Origin: Verrucomicrobiales bacterium
GTDB taxonomy: Bacteria > Verrucomicrobiota > Verrucomicrobiia > Verrucomicrobiales > V1-33
Reading direction: 5' to 3'
Assembly: GCA_031411295.1 (NCBI GenBank)
Contig: JANOAV010000192.1
Location: forward strand, 1 to 64,000
Length of the DNA: 64,000 nt
The notes beneath the pieces were generated by a model. That model searched no databases, was not told the origin of the DNA, and saw only the letters and a list, made by a program, of their open reading frames with translations. The position numbers were made by a program, and so were the translations under genes. Positions 1 through 9,030 of the stretch are shown piece by piece (positions within the stretch are counted from its first letter, which is position 1; each line of letters opens with the position of its first letter).

Positions 1-87
1 TTTGCGGGCCGCCCCTGGTGGGCAAAATAGTGGCTCCAGTAACGCCCATTCCTTGTCACTCACATCTGTCGGGTAGCTTTTTCTCAT
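1..87 (-). CDS. IS5-family transposase, N-terminus (partial, runs off window)
   Basis: Not in ORF track. Manual translation of 87->1 gives MRKSYPTDVSDKEWALLEPLFCPPGAARK, matching the YPxDxxDxEWxxLEP start of IS5-family (DUF4096) transposases. AAGGA lies just upstream of the ATG. Confidence 0.8.
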   Translation of the reverse strand, partial: MRKSYPTDVSDKEWALLEPLFCPPGAARK

Positions 88-139
88 TCCTTACCCTACC
101 CCATTATGGCCCTTTTTCAAAATTACCGGACAGGTTCTC
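1..139 (-). mobile_element. Left end of an IS5-family insertion sequence inserted in the 3' end of the M56 gene
   Basis: Minus strand reads ...GCTCCT|GAGAACCTGTCCGGTAATTTTGAAAAAGG... about 50 nt before the transposase ATG. Boundary is approximate because the other IR is outside the window. Confidence 0.65.
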
Positions 140-3100
140 AGGAGCTTTCTCGATGCTCATCTCAGCGGTTAGGCTGTATTGCGGAAATGCGCACACATCC
201 GCCTCCACGGCGGAGCTAACTGATGCCGTTCCGTCGCCATTTTCCAACGGTTGAAACAGTTTCACAAACGCCACTTCATGCGGCTTCAGCAGCCAATCGC
301 CCGCCATGACAGTGGGATCATTGAGCGCTGACAGTGGCTTGTCGTCCTTCCGAATCGTCAGCCTCCGTGGGTTGGGGGCATCGGTGCTTGCTAGAAAATG
401 CACCGCTCCATCCGACACATTTTGCACCACAAGATAAAATTCCGTTTCCATTCCAAGGTCTGGCTCCCCAGATGTCGGTGCCCATGCCAAAGCCATGCGC
501 AAACCGTTGCCGGGTTCTCCCCACTTGAGTTTTTGCTCGGTGGCTGGTTGAACCGTTAAACCGGATTTGCCATCGCTTTTTGGGAATTCACTCAGCTTAT
601 TTAGTATGCTGGCTGGCAAGAGATCGATTCGGCCGGGCTCAAGCTCGGTTAATTTTATTTGCGGAGGGTCTGAAAAATCGATTTTTCGGATGAGGCTGGA
701 TTTGATTGAGAAGTTGGAAACGGTGCGACTTGTCCGATGACTAGCTTTGTCCCAAAATTCTTCAACGATTTGCCCGTTCGCATCTGGAAACGTCCTAGTC
801 ATGCTTCCATCCTTGTGTTTTGTGATTCTTGACCACCGTTTTATCATTGGAGCCTGCATTATCCAAAGCACCTCAGCACCGCGTTCCCAAGCAAGCGCGT
901 AGGTTCCATTTCCTTCTGGAAGCTCGATCTCATAAGGCTGGTGGGGTAAGGCAACTTTCGGATCTGGCGAGAGAAAAAGGATCGTCGCTTTGTTTGTGCG
1001 TTTGTCGCCATCGGTGGTTTCGGTTACTTGTAGATGAACGTTTTCTCCTAACACGTAGCGACCCGGACCCGTGGCGGTGCGGGGGGCTTTGGCGGCGTTG
1101 GGATCGGCGGGGAGGACTTTGAAGGTGGTTTCTCCGGTTTGCAATTTACCGGAGAAAGGAATGGGGCGGGGTTTGGCTTGGAGGCGGGCAGTTAGTTTCT
1201 CTAGGGCATCGGGGGCTACATCTGTGGTGAACATGGCCACCTCCGCTTCCGTTGGTGACTGGCCGAACAGATTTTGGGTGGCGTGGACGATGAGTAGCTC
1301 CCGATCCGCGGTGGACTTGGGCAGAGGCGCTTCCAGCGCGATGCGATCTGCGATGTTCTTGAGGTAAAGTTCCGTGGGGTCCTTGGGATCGTTCGGGCGC
1401 ATCCAGCCTTCGTTGATGGCATCCACTTCTGATGAGAAACGAACCGTTTGCCCAGCGGTGGCTTCAATCACTGCTCCCACGCTGCCGGTGCTGTGTTCTT
1501 CTGTATATCCCCCGGCACCAACAGCAATACCATGGGCGGGGACTTCGGCGTATTCACCTGGCGCTAGCCGATAGGTGGCGATGGGTGTCATGCCAGTATA
1601 CCAAGTGCTGGTGATGGGGATCACTGTGGCGGGGGCATTCTTCCCCCCAGCCCCATCAAGCTGATGATCATGTGCATCGGTGCTGAGCGGATTGGCTGCG
1701 GGGTTCTGGCTAGGGGGCAGAATGCCCCCGCCACGATGCTTATCATTTTGATGCCAGGTTTCAGTGCGGACAATGACGGGGGCAGTTCCGGTGTTATGAA
1801 AGAGCACGCGGGCTTTGAGGACCGTGTTTAGCGGATAGTCCGGTGCGCTGGGAACAAGCAAGTAGGCGGCACGGAGGCCGTTGGTGGCTGGTTTCCCCCA
1901 GTTCGCCTTCTGCAACTCTTCAGGAAATGGCTTGCCCGGAAGGAGCTTGTTCATTTCCGCAAATTCCATCGGCGTGCTGGCCCAACTGATGGGGGCGGTG
2001 GAAATCTCCGTGATGTCATCCATGATCTGCACAACATCATCTGGAGTCCAATCATGCGTGGCATCCAATTGTGGACGAATGGCCGCCAGAGCTGGTGCTT
2101 TGGAGTCTGTTGGGTATTGCTTCAGGAAACTGTCCATTTGCTCCGCCACGTGCCCGATGAGCGCTACGGGGATTTTGCCGTCAGTGCGGGCAAATGATCG
2201 CCATTGTTTGAAGAGGGCTTGGGCGTATTCGTGCTTGGGAGTGGGGAGCGTTGGCTCTTCGGAATAGGACGCATGGGACTCATGTGACATATGGGACTTA
2301 TTCTCTGAAGCAGGCTTTGGTTCTGCGAAGGAAATGCTGTTGAGTCCAGCCTTGCCGCAGGCTTCCATAACCTTGGAAACGAACTTCATTTCAGTATCTT
2401 TATCCGCTCGGATGGTGATGGTCTGCTCCTTGTTCGCAGCAGCAATGGTCGCCAATCGTTCTTCCAATTGCTTGAGCGTTAGTGTTTCCTTCTGGACGAC
2501 ATAGGTGCCGTCTGCTGTAACTTGGATGATGATTTGGGTTGCATGTTGCTGGCCTCCTAAGTCGGCCTCTACAGCGGGTTGGTTGGAGGATGTCTTGTCC
2601 GATCGCTCCGACTTATCGGACGGATCTTTGGGTTTGGTGGTCACGGTAAACTTCGTTTCCCCTCCGGCTAGTTCTCCTGCGAAATGCATGGGTTTGGCGG
2701 CTTCCAGGAAACGCTTGGTGAGCCGTTGAAAGGCGTCGGGGAGCGGGTCGGTTTCGTAGGTGAACTTTGCCTCATCGTATGGCAACGTGATCCCCAAATC
2801 CTCACTAACACGAGCCAGCAATGCCGCCCGATCCTTCTCCGAGGCTGGGTTCGGGCCTTCCTGGGCCAGGCGGGCACTGATGATTTCCTGCCACGCTGTC
2901 TCGGAATCCTTGCGTCCTTCATTGTTCTGCCACGTTTGGAAGGACACGAGCAGGTTCCCCGGCGTGAACGTTACGACATCGCCTTCCTTGGCTTCGATCC
3001 AGGCACCCACTTTGCGGATGTCGGTTTCTTTAGCGGTCTCATGGGAGCCGATGCCAATGCCGTGGCCTTCCACTTCGGCGTAGTCTCCTGGGTCCAAGCG

Positions 3101-4930
3101 GAAAATCATGCGGGTTCTTTCGCCCAGGCGCTGGGTGGCGTTGATGGGAATCTCCTTGCCCTTGGCGTCTTTGGCCGCGTGGGTGCCGGACTGGATCCAG
3201 TTTTGGGTGGCAAAGCAGACTGGTTTTTTGCCAGTGTTGTGGAACAGGACGCGGGAGGTTAGGACTGTGCCAAGTGTGGCGGGGGCATTCTGCCCATTAG
3301 CCAATAAACCTCCCTCGTCTTTGTTGCTTTGGTCCTTGGCTGCGGGGTCGGGGCTTACGGGCGGGACGCCCGTGCCACATAGCCATGCCATGCGCAGGCC
3401 GTTGTCAGCGGGAGTTCCCCAAGGGGCATCCTTGAGTTCATCCGGGAGCGGCTTTCCAGGATGGATCTGACGCACATTGATGGCTCGCATGGTCCACCTG
3501 GCGTGGTCAGGGGCGACGGTCTCGATTTCATCTAACAAGGCGGCGGCGTCAGCGGGAATCCAGTCGTGAGTGGCGTCGCATTTCTTCAAAACGGGCTCGC
3601 ACTTGGTGGCGTAGTCCGTTCCAGCATTCAGGTCCATGTAGGTTTTTAAAGAAGTGGCCACCTGCCCGATGCAGCCTCCGGGGATCTTGCCATCGGCGCG
3701 GGAGCTGCGTTTCCAGTGGTTGAAGAGTGACTTGGAGGCGGCTGTTTTGGGTTCTACATTCACGGGGGCTTCAGCGGGTTTGGCTTTTTCTGTCTCCGCC
3801 GCCCGCAGCATCGCCAGCGGCACGGCAATAGCAGCCGTTAGCAAAACAGCAGCCAAGGCCAGCAGACGCGTGACGCTTCGGCGGTTTAGGTTTCCGCTGA
3901 GCACGGCTCGCAGGCGGCTTTCCAGAGAGGACTTACGGGCCATGGCCAGGCCGCAGGCGGAGGTCCAGCGGACGGGTGTTAGCTTGGAGGCGACATCCAG
4001 AAGGTGTCCGGCATAGGCGGAGGCTTTCACGCCGCTGGCTAGCACGAGGTCATCGCAAGCGCGCTCGCGCTCCGTGTGCAAGCGCCAAGCGGCCAGCCAG
4101 ACGAGCGGGTTGAACCAATGCAGGGCGCAGGCTAGCTGCGTGAGCCATTGCACCAAGGTATCGCGTCGGCGGATGTGGGCTAATTCGTGGAGGAGCACGG
4201 AGCGGAGCTTGGCGTCATCCCAGGAAAGGGCTTCGGCGGGGAGAATAAGTCGTGGCCAAATGACGCCCCAGACGACGGGGATGGTGCGTTTCTGATCCAT
4301 CAGGAAACGAATGTCCTGCCGAACGCCTAACTGCTGTGCCGCCTCTGCCAAAGCAGAAGCAAGCCGGGTTTCGGGAACCGCCTGACAACGACGGGAAGCC
4401 CGACGTAGCAGCCAATGAGCACTGAATAGGCGCAGTAGCAGCACTAGGCAACCTGCGCACCACGTCAGCGGCAGCCATGTGGCGGGGGCAGGGGACGCTA
4501 AAGGGACGGAAGAGACTAGAGGGACAGACGGGATGGATGAAACAGCAGGCTCTGAGAATGCCTCTGCGTGAGTTACAGGCTCCGCTGACAGCTGAGGCAG
4601 TGCGGGATCCGGCAGGCTGGGACTAGGCGCTCGCAGCACCGTCCCTTCAGGCGCTTCCGTCCTTTCCGTCTCTGTTGTCCCTTCCGTGGCCACCGCCCAA
4701 GCCGGCAAGACTCGCCAGCCTGGCAACACCACCGAGAGCACTGGCACCAGCAGCAATGCCAGCACGGCCACCAGCCACACCAAATGCCGTGCTGCGGCAG
4801 AGGCATGCCATAGCACCAGCGCAGCCACTGCGGCCGCGGATAACAAGGCGGCTCCCTTTAAAGCGGAATCCATGACCATGGGCATGGCGGCGGCCAGCAG
4901 TGCTAGCGCGGAAATATAACAGCGGTTCAT
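104..4930 (-). CDS. BlaR1/MecR1-like M56 metallopeptidase with ExbD-like domain and repeated C-terminal domains; 3' end probably IS-truncated
   Basis: N-terminal TM helices, LLHELAHIRRRD (HExxH), WFNPLVW, ERERACDD. ExbD-like segment IIIQVTADG...ITIRADKDT...VMEACGKAGLNSISF. ATG at 4930 directly follows the blaI-like stop. Confidence 0.85.
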   Translation of the reverse strand: MNRCYISALALLAAAMPMVMDSALKGAALLSAAAVAALVLWHASAAARHLVWLVAVLALLLVPVLSVVLPGWRVLPAWAVATEGTTETERTEAPEGTVLRAPSPSLPDPALPQLSAEPVTHAEAFSEPAVSSIPSVPLVSSVPLASPAPATWLPLTWCAGCLVLLLRLFSAHWLLRRASRRCQAVPETRLASALAEAAQQLGVRQDIRFLMDQKRTIPVVWGVIWPRLILPAEALSWDDAKLRSVLLHELAHIRRRDTLVQWLTQLACALHWFNPLVWLAAWRLHTERERACDDLVLASGVKASAYAGHLLDVASKLTPVRWTSACGLAMARKSSLESRLRAVLSGNLNRRSVTRLLALAAVLLTAAIAVPLAMLRAAETEKAKPAEAPVNVEPKTAASKSLFNHWKRSSRADGKIPGGCIGQVATSLKTYMDLNAGTDYATKCEPVLKKCDATHDWIPADAAALLDEIETVAPDHARWTMRAINVRQIHPGKPLPDELKDAPWGTPADNGLRMAWLCGTGVPPVSPDPAAKDQSNKDEGGLLANGQNAPATLGTVLTSRVLFHNTGKKPVCFATQNWIQSGTHAAKDAKGKEIPINATQRLGERTRMIFRLDPGDYAEVEGHGIGIGSHETAKETDIRKVGAWIEAKEGDVVTFTPGNLLVSFQTWQNNEGRKDSETAWQEIISARLAQEGPNPASEKDRAALLARVSEDLGITLPYDEAKFTYETDPLPDAFQRLTKRFLEAAKPMHFAGELAGGETKFTVTTKPKDPSDKSERSDKTSSNQPAVEADLGGQQHATQIIIQVTADGTYVVQKETLTLKQLEERLATIAAANKEQTITIRADKDTEMKFVSKVMEACGKAGLNSISFAEPKPASENKSHMSHESHASYSEEPTLPTPKHEYAQALFKQWRSFARTDGKIPVALIGHVAEQMDSFLKQYPTDSKAPALAAIRPQLDATHDWTPDDVVQIMDDITEISTAPISWASTPMEFAEMNKLLPGKPFPEELQKANWGKPATNGLRAAYLLVPSAPDYPLNTVLKARVLFHNTGTAPVIVRTETWHQNDKHRGGGILPPSQNPAANPLSTDAHDHQLDGAGGKNAPATVIPITSTWYTGMTPIATYRLAPGEYAEVPAHGIAVGAGGYTEEHSTGSVGAVIEATAGQTVRFSSEVDAINEGWMRPNDPKDPTELYLKNIADRIALEAPLPKSTADRELLIVHATQNLFGQSPTEAEVAMFTTDVAPDALEKLTARLQAKPRPIPFSGKLQTGETTFKVLPADPNAAKAPRTATGPGRYVLGENVHLQVTETTDGDKRTNKATILFLSPDPKVALPHQPYEIELPEGNGTYALAWERGAEVLWIMQAPMIKRWSRITKHKDGSMTRTFPDANGQIVEEFWDKASHRTSRTVSNFSIKSSLIRKIDFSDPPQIKLTELEPGRIDLLPASILNKLSEFPKSDGKSGLTVQPATEQKLKWGEPGNGLRMALAWAPTSGEPDLGMETEFYLVVQNVSDGAVHFLASTDAPNPRRLTIRKDDKPLSALNDPTVMAGDWLLKPHEVAFVKLFQPLENGDGTASVSSAVEADVCAFPQYSLTAEMSIEKAPENLSGNFEKGP
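1626..1734. repeat. REP-like inverted repeat pair inserted in frame in M56 gene
   Basis: GTGGCGGGGGCATTCTTCCCCCCAGC (1626) and GCTAGGGGGCAGAATGCCCCCGCCAC (ending 1734); 26-bp arms with 2 mismatches. Confidence 0.75.
3275..3379. repeat. REP-like inverted repeat pair inserted in frame in M56 gene
   Basis: TGTGGCGGGGGCATTCTGCCC (3275) and ACGGGCGGGACGCCCGTGCCACA (3357-3379); 105 bp = 35 codons. Confidence 0.7.
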
Positions 4931-4931
4931 G

Positions 4932-5315
4932 TTACCGCCCCTCCTTTTCTGTTGCCGCAATGAGTTTCACCAACCGTTCCCTTTCGGCTGGGCCTACGGT
5001 GTCGTTGCGGGAAAGCAAATGTGAGGTGAGCGCTTCCTCCAGTGAACCGCTGAAGAAAGTTTCCAGCACCTTTTGGAAAGCGCTGCGGCCTGCTTTATCC
5101 TTCGATTCCCGGGGCGCATAGACCACCTCGCGACCATCTCCTTGTCGCTTTAAATGTCCCTTCTCCTCCAAAATGTGCATCATGCGTCTGACCGCCATGG
5201 GCGTGGGGGCGTCGGGAATGGTTTCCACAATCTGATTAACGGTGGCTTCGCCCAGGGCAAAGGTGGCGTCCATGATCTGACGTTCACGGCGGGAGAGTTC
5301 GGAGGGATCAGGCAT
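4932..5315 (-). CDS. BlaI/MecI/CopY family transcriptional repressor
   Basis: LSRRERQIMD...LEEKGHL...VYAP...TFFSGS wHTH pattern, immediately upstream of the M56 gene. Confidence 0.92.
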   Translation of the reverse strand: MPDPSELSRRERQIMDATFALGEATVNQIVETIPDAPTPMAVRRMMHILEEKGHLKRQGDGREVVYAPRESKDKAGRSAFQKVLETFFSGSLEEALTSHLLSRNDTVGPAERERLVKLIAATEKEGR

Positions 5316-5335
5316 AAGAGAGTGTGGGTTGAAAG

Positions 5336-5398
5336 ATGCGTTACTTTTTTAACGCATAATCCAAGGAGGGCAAGAAATTTCGCGTTACTTTTTTAACG
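5336..5398. promoter_or_regulatory. Two tandem palindromic operators, probably for the BlaI-like repressor
   Basis: ATGCGTTA-CTTTTT-TAACGCAT at 5336-5357 and GCGTTACTTTTTTAACG at 5382-5398, 44 bp apart, just upstream of the blaI-like start. Confidence 0.7.
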
Positions 5399-5508
5399 GA
5401 CAGGTAATTAAGTGTGGAAAATGTCCGATCCCGAGCGGGAAATCTTTAAAGCTCTGCCCCTTGCCAAACCTTCGAAATGACTTATAGGCATGCTTTCCTA
5501 AGTAAATC

Positions 5509-6735
5509 GTGAGTCAAATTCCCTTTTCCGAGTTAGGCCTTTCCGAACCTGTTTTGCAGGCGGTAACAGAGGCCGGTTATCAACATCCCACCTCCATTCA
5601 AGCGCAGGCCATCCCGGTTGCATTGGCGGGGCGGGATATTATTGGCTCGTCGCAGACGGGCACTGGAAAGACGGCGGCTTTTGCCTTGCCGATCATTTCC
5701 AAGTTGGGAGGTCCGGGGAAACTTCGTTGTTTAATTCTCGAACCCACACGCGAATTGGCGGCTCAGGTGGAAGAACAATTTCTGAAATACGGCAAACACA
5801 CCGGGGTCCGCCCCGTGTTGATCCACGGCGGCGTGGGCTACGGCAGGCAGCGGGAGCAATTGGAAACAGGGGCGGATGTCGTCATTGCCACGCCGGGGCG
5901 GTTGCTCGACTTTATGCAGCAGAAGACGATTCAGTTGCAGGACGTGGAAATTTTGGTGTTGGACGAAGTGGATCGCATGTTGGACATGGGCTTCATGCCG
6001 GACGTCCGTCGCATCGTGGCGCAGTGTCCTCCGGGACGGCAAACGTTGTTTTTCTCCGCCACGATTCCTCCTGCCATCGCCACGCTGGCCGCGTTCGCCT
6101 TGAAGGATCCCTTCGAAATTCAAGTGGCGCGTCTCAGCGCTACCGCCGAAACCATCAGTCACGCATTCTATCCCGTAGCGGCCAACCAGCGGGAAGAGTT
6201 GCTGTTGGAGTTGTTGCGTCGCACCGAATTCCATAGTGTGATGATTTTCACCCGCACCCGCGTGCAGGCCGATCTCCTTGCTGCCATTGTGCGCAGTCAG
6301 GGTGAGCAATATCGGGTGGCTGTGATGCACTCGGATATCGCGCAGAAAGATCGGACCAAGGCGTTGCAAGATTTCCGTTCTGGCGAGGTTGATATCATGA
6401 TCGCCACGGATATTGCCGCGCGGGGATTGGATATTTCCAGCGTCACGCATGTGATCAACTATCAGGTGCCGGAGAACGCCGAGGACTACGTGCACCGCAT
6501 CGGACGGACGGGCCGGGCGAACAAGGATGGCGATGCGTTCACCTTGTTGAGTGCGGAAGAACTGCCGTATGCTGAGAGTGTGGAGCGGTTGATCGGTCGG
6601 AAAGTGGAACGGCGGAAGTTGGAAAATTTCAGCTACACCTACACCACCTTGATCGACGAAGATCCCCGCAGTCAGGCTCGGATGCGCCAGTTTCTGAGCA
6701 AAGGCAAGAGCCGCGGTTCGCACCGGAAATTCTAA
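5509..6735 (+). CDS. DEAD/DEAH-box RNA helicase (RhlE-like)
   Basis: Q motif, QTGTGKT, PTRELA, TPGRL, DEVD, SAT, ARGLD, HRIGRTGR. Confidence 0.93.
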   Translation: MSQIPFSELGLSEPVLQAVTEAGYQHPTSIQAQAIPVALAGRDIIGSSQTGTGKTAAFALPIISKLGGPGKLRCLILEPTRELAAQVEEQFLKYGKHTGVRPVLIHGGVGYGRQREQLETGADVVIATPGRLLDFMQQKTIQLQDVEILVLDEVDRMLDMGFMPDVRRIVAQCPPGRQTLFFSATIPPAIATLAAFALKDPFEIQVARLSATAETISHAFYPVAANQREELLLELLRRTEFHSVMIFTRTRVQADLLAAIVRSQGEQYRVAVMHSDIAQKDRTKALQDFRSGEVDIMIATDIAARGLDISSVTHVINYQVPENAEDYVHRIGRTGRANKDGDAFTLLSAEELPYAESVERLIGRKVERRKLENFSYTYTTLIDEDPRSQARMRQFLSKGKSRGSHRKF

Positions 6736-6754
6736 CCAGCCGGGGCATTAAGCC

Positions 6755-7294
6755 ATGCGCGTTCTCTGCATCGATCCTGCGTTGCGCAATGCAGGTTATG
6801 CCGTGCTGGAGGCAGCGCATCCACCCGGTCCTGGTCTGCGCTTGCCGCCGGGCACGCGACCCATCCGCGTGCTGGCCTACGGGGTGATTCGCAATGGCCC
6901 AAAACTCCCGCAAAGCGCCTGTCTGGTGGCCATTCACCAGGCGCTGCAGGAAATCATCCGCGAGTTCAAACCGGCGGTCTGTGCCATGGAATCCGTCATT
7001 TTCGTGCAGAGTTATGCGACTGCGATTGTGCTGGGAGCCGCCCGTGGAGCAGCCATTTTGGCTGCAGCGGAAGCGGGTTTGCCGATTCACGAATACCCCC
7101 CCAAGCGCGTGAAACAAGCCGTGGTGGGGAAGGGGGCGGCGGACAAGCAGCAGGTGGCCTTCATGGTCCGCTCCCTGCTTAGCCTAGCGGAAACTCCGCC
7201 GCATGATGCGGCGGATGCGCTGGCCATTGGGATCACTCATTTGCAAAGTGCGAGCGCGCCTAGCGTTATTAGCAAGCAAGGAAAGCTAGTGTGA
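6755..7294 (+). CDS. ruvC: Crossover junction endodeoxyribonuclease RuvC
   Basis: MRVLCIDP, MES, LGAARGA, EYPPKRVKQAVVGKGAADKQQV, DAADALAI. Confidence 0.95.
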   Translation: MRVLCIDPALRNAGYAVLEAAHPPGPGLRLPPGTRPIRVLAYGVIRNGPKLPQSACLVAIHQALQEIIREFKPAVCAMESVIFVQSYATAIVLGAARGAAILAAAEAGLPIHEYPPKRVKQAVVGKGAADKQQVAFMVRSLLSLAETPPHDAADALAIGITHLQSASAPSVISKQGKLV

Positions 7295-7392
7295 TTTTCC
7301 CCACGATTTTGCTTCGCTAAATGCCGACCTCGTGTTTCAATAACGCTGTCAGCACTGCGGCTGAACTCCCTCCCCCAAATTCAAAATTTCTC

Positions 7393-8256
7393 ATGCTATT
7401 GCGCTGGCTTATCGGCATAACCATTATTGGCGTGGCGGTCACGATGACGACCGCGCTGGTGCGGATGTCCTATTTCCCGGAGGAGTCACGCTTGGCGCAG
7501 GAGGCCCCACAATTGGTAATGGAGCGCTTTCTGTCGCGCACGGGTGCTGAGTCGGTGCTGGATATCTGGAAGGGAAAGGAGATTGTGGGCTCGCTGCGAG
7601 TGGCTCCGTATCAACTAATGCCGTCGGAGCGGGTTCGCCTGCAAGCACACGGGCGGCTGAGAGTCGAAGCTGACCTTCAGGTGGCGCTGCCGGGACTTGA
7701 AGGGACCAAGGTTAGATTATCCAGCACCTTGGTCATGGCGCTGGACGGTGCGGTGCGGGAAAGTGATCTGACGCTGAGTTCAAATAATTTCAGCCAAAGC
7801 CTGACCTTGCACCAGGCGTTGAATGCGACGGAACCGCGCATCGTCCTCAAACAGGGCGAGGAGATCTTAATGGACACGGCGGGAGGCAAGCTGGGCGGCC
7901 AGGAAACCGACATGCTGTTGGGCTTATTCGCCCGCAGCGTTGGGGTGGATCCTCAGGAACTCAGACGCAGGCAGAGCCAGGCTCAGGCTAGCGTTGGCCA
8001 ATCGGCCACGGAGGCGCGTCGAGGCGGTTTCAGGGTGTTGGAGCGGGAGTTTACCGGTTACGTCCTAACAACGACCATGGGCGGGCCGGACCGGAAATTC
8101 ACGCTCTATATTTCCGACTCTGGAGAGTTGGTGCAGATGAAAACCTCGTTTCTGGATTATCAATTTATCTCCGAGGATCTGCGCCCGGAAGGCGTCCTCG
8201 GCCCGATTCCTCGCAGCGCCAAAAATAAAGCTTCCTCCGCCCCTCTTGCCCCATGA
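7393..8256 (+). CDS. Hypothetical protein with N-terminal membrane anchor
   Basis: Long ORF with hydrophobic N-terminus (MLLRWLIGITIIGVAV) and ATGA overlap with next gene. Start 7393 preferred over 7321. Confidence 0.7.
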   Translation: MLLRWLIGITIIGVAVTMTTALVRMSYFPEESRLAQEAPQLVMERFLSRTGAESVLDIWKGKEIVGSLRVAPYQLMPSERVRLQAHGRLRVEADLQVALPGLEGTKVRLSSTLVMALDGAVRESDLTLSSNNFSQSLTLHQALNATEPRIVLKQGEEILMDTAGGKLGGQETDMLLGLFARSVGVDPQELRRRQSQAQASVGQSATEARRGGFRVLEREFTGYVLTTTMGGPDRKFTLYISDSGELVQMKTSFLDYQFISEDLRPEGVLGPIPRSAKNKASSAPLAP

Positions 8257-8987
8257 TCCGCACCCAAGCACTCAGCATGAACTACGGGCCGCTCAAGGCC
8301 CTATCCGATCTTAATTTAGACATCCCGCAGGGAGAACTCTTCGCCTTTCTGGGGCCGAACGCGGCCGGCAAGACCACGACCATCAAGCTGTTAACCGGAC
8401 TGCTGATCCCCACTCAGGGGCAAGCCTGGCTCTGCGGGCACAACGTGCACGATGCGCCACTAGCAGCCAAGCGCTGCCTGGGCTTCGTGCCGGATGTGGC
8501 GGTGTTTTACGATAAACTGACCGCCTTGGAGTTCATGGAGTTTATCAGCGAGGTCTATGAAATGGACCGCGCGAAAGCTCGCACGAACACCGGACAACTT
8601 TTTGAACAGTTCGCGCTGCGGCCCTATGCCAACGAGCAAATTGAACACTTGAGCCATGGCACCCGGCAACGTTTGGCGATTGCGGCCAGTCTGTTGCATG
8701 ATCCCCAGGTCATCATCATCGATGAGCCCATGGTCGGCTTGGATCCGGTGCATGTGAGGGTGGTGAAGGATGAACTCAAGGCTCGCACCAAGGCCGGCAC
8801 GACGGTCTTCATGAGCACTCACCTGCTAAATGTAGCCGAAGAGTTAGCTGACCGCATCGGCATCATTCATGGCGGCAAACTGGTGGCGCTGGGAACCATG
8901 AGTGAGTTGCGCCAGGAAAGAGGGGAGGGGGAGTTGGAGCAAATCTTCCTGTCGTTGCTGCGGGAGGCAGCAGACATGCGCCGATAA
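8253..8987 (+). CDS. ABC transporter ATP-binding protein
   Basis: GPNAAGKT Walker A, LSHG signature, IIIDEP Walker B, STH switch. Confidence 0.93.
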   Translation: MIRTQALSMNYGPLKALSDLNLDIPQGELFAFLGPNAAGKTTTIKLLTGLLIPTQGQAWLCGHNVHDAPLAAKRCLGFVPDVAVFYDKLTALEFMEFISEVYEMDRAKARTNTGQLFEQFALRPYANEQIEHLSHGTRQRLAIAASLLHDPQVIIIDEPMVGLDPVHVRVVKDELKARTKAGTTVFMSTHLLNVAEELADRIGIIHGGKLVALGTMSELRQERGEGELEQIFLSLLREAADMRR

Positions 8988-9030
8988 CGTGTCGCAGGAA
9001 ATTACCCGCTAACCTCAATTTGGCTGGTGA

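Noticed and set aside
5731..6723. 330-aa antisense ORF
   Set aside because: Shadow of the DEAD-box helicase.
6755..7294. RuvC as a CRISPR/TnpB-type nuclease
   Set aside because: Size and motifs are those of the housekeeping Holliday-junction resolvase.
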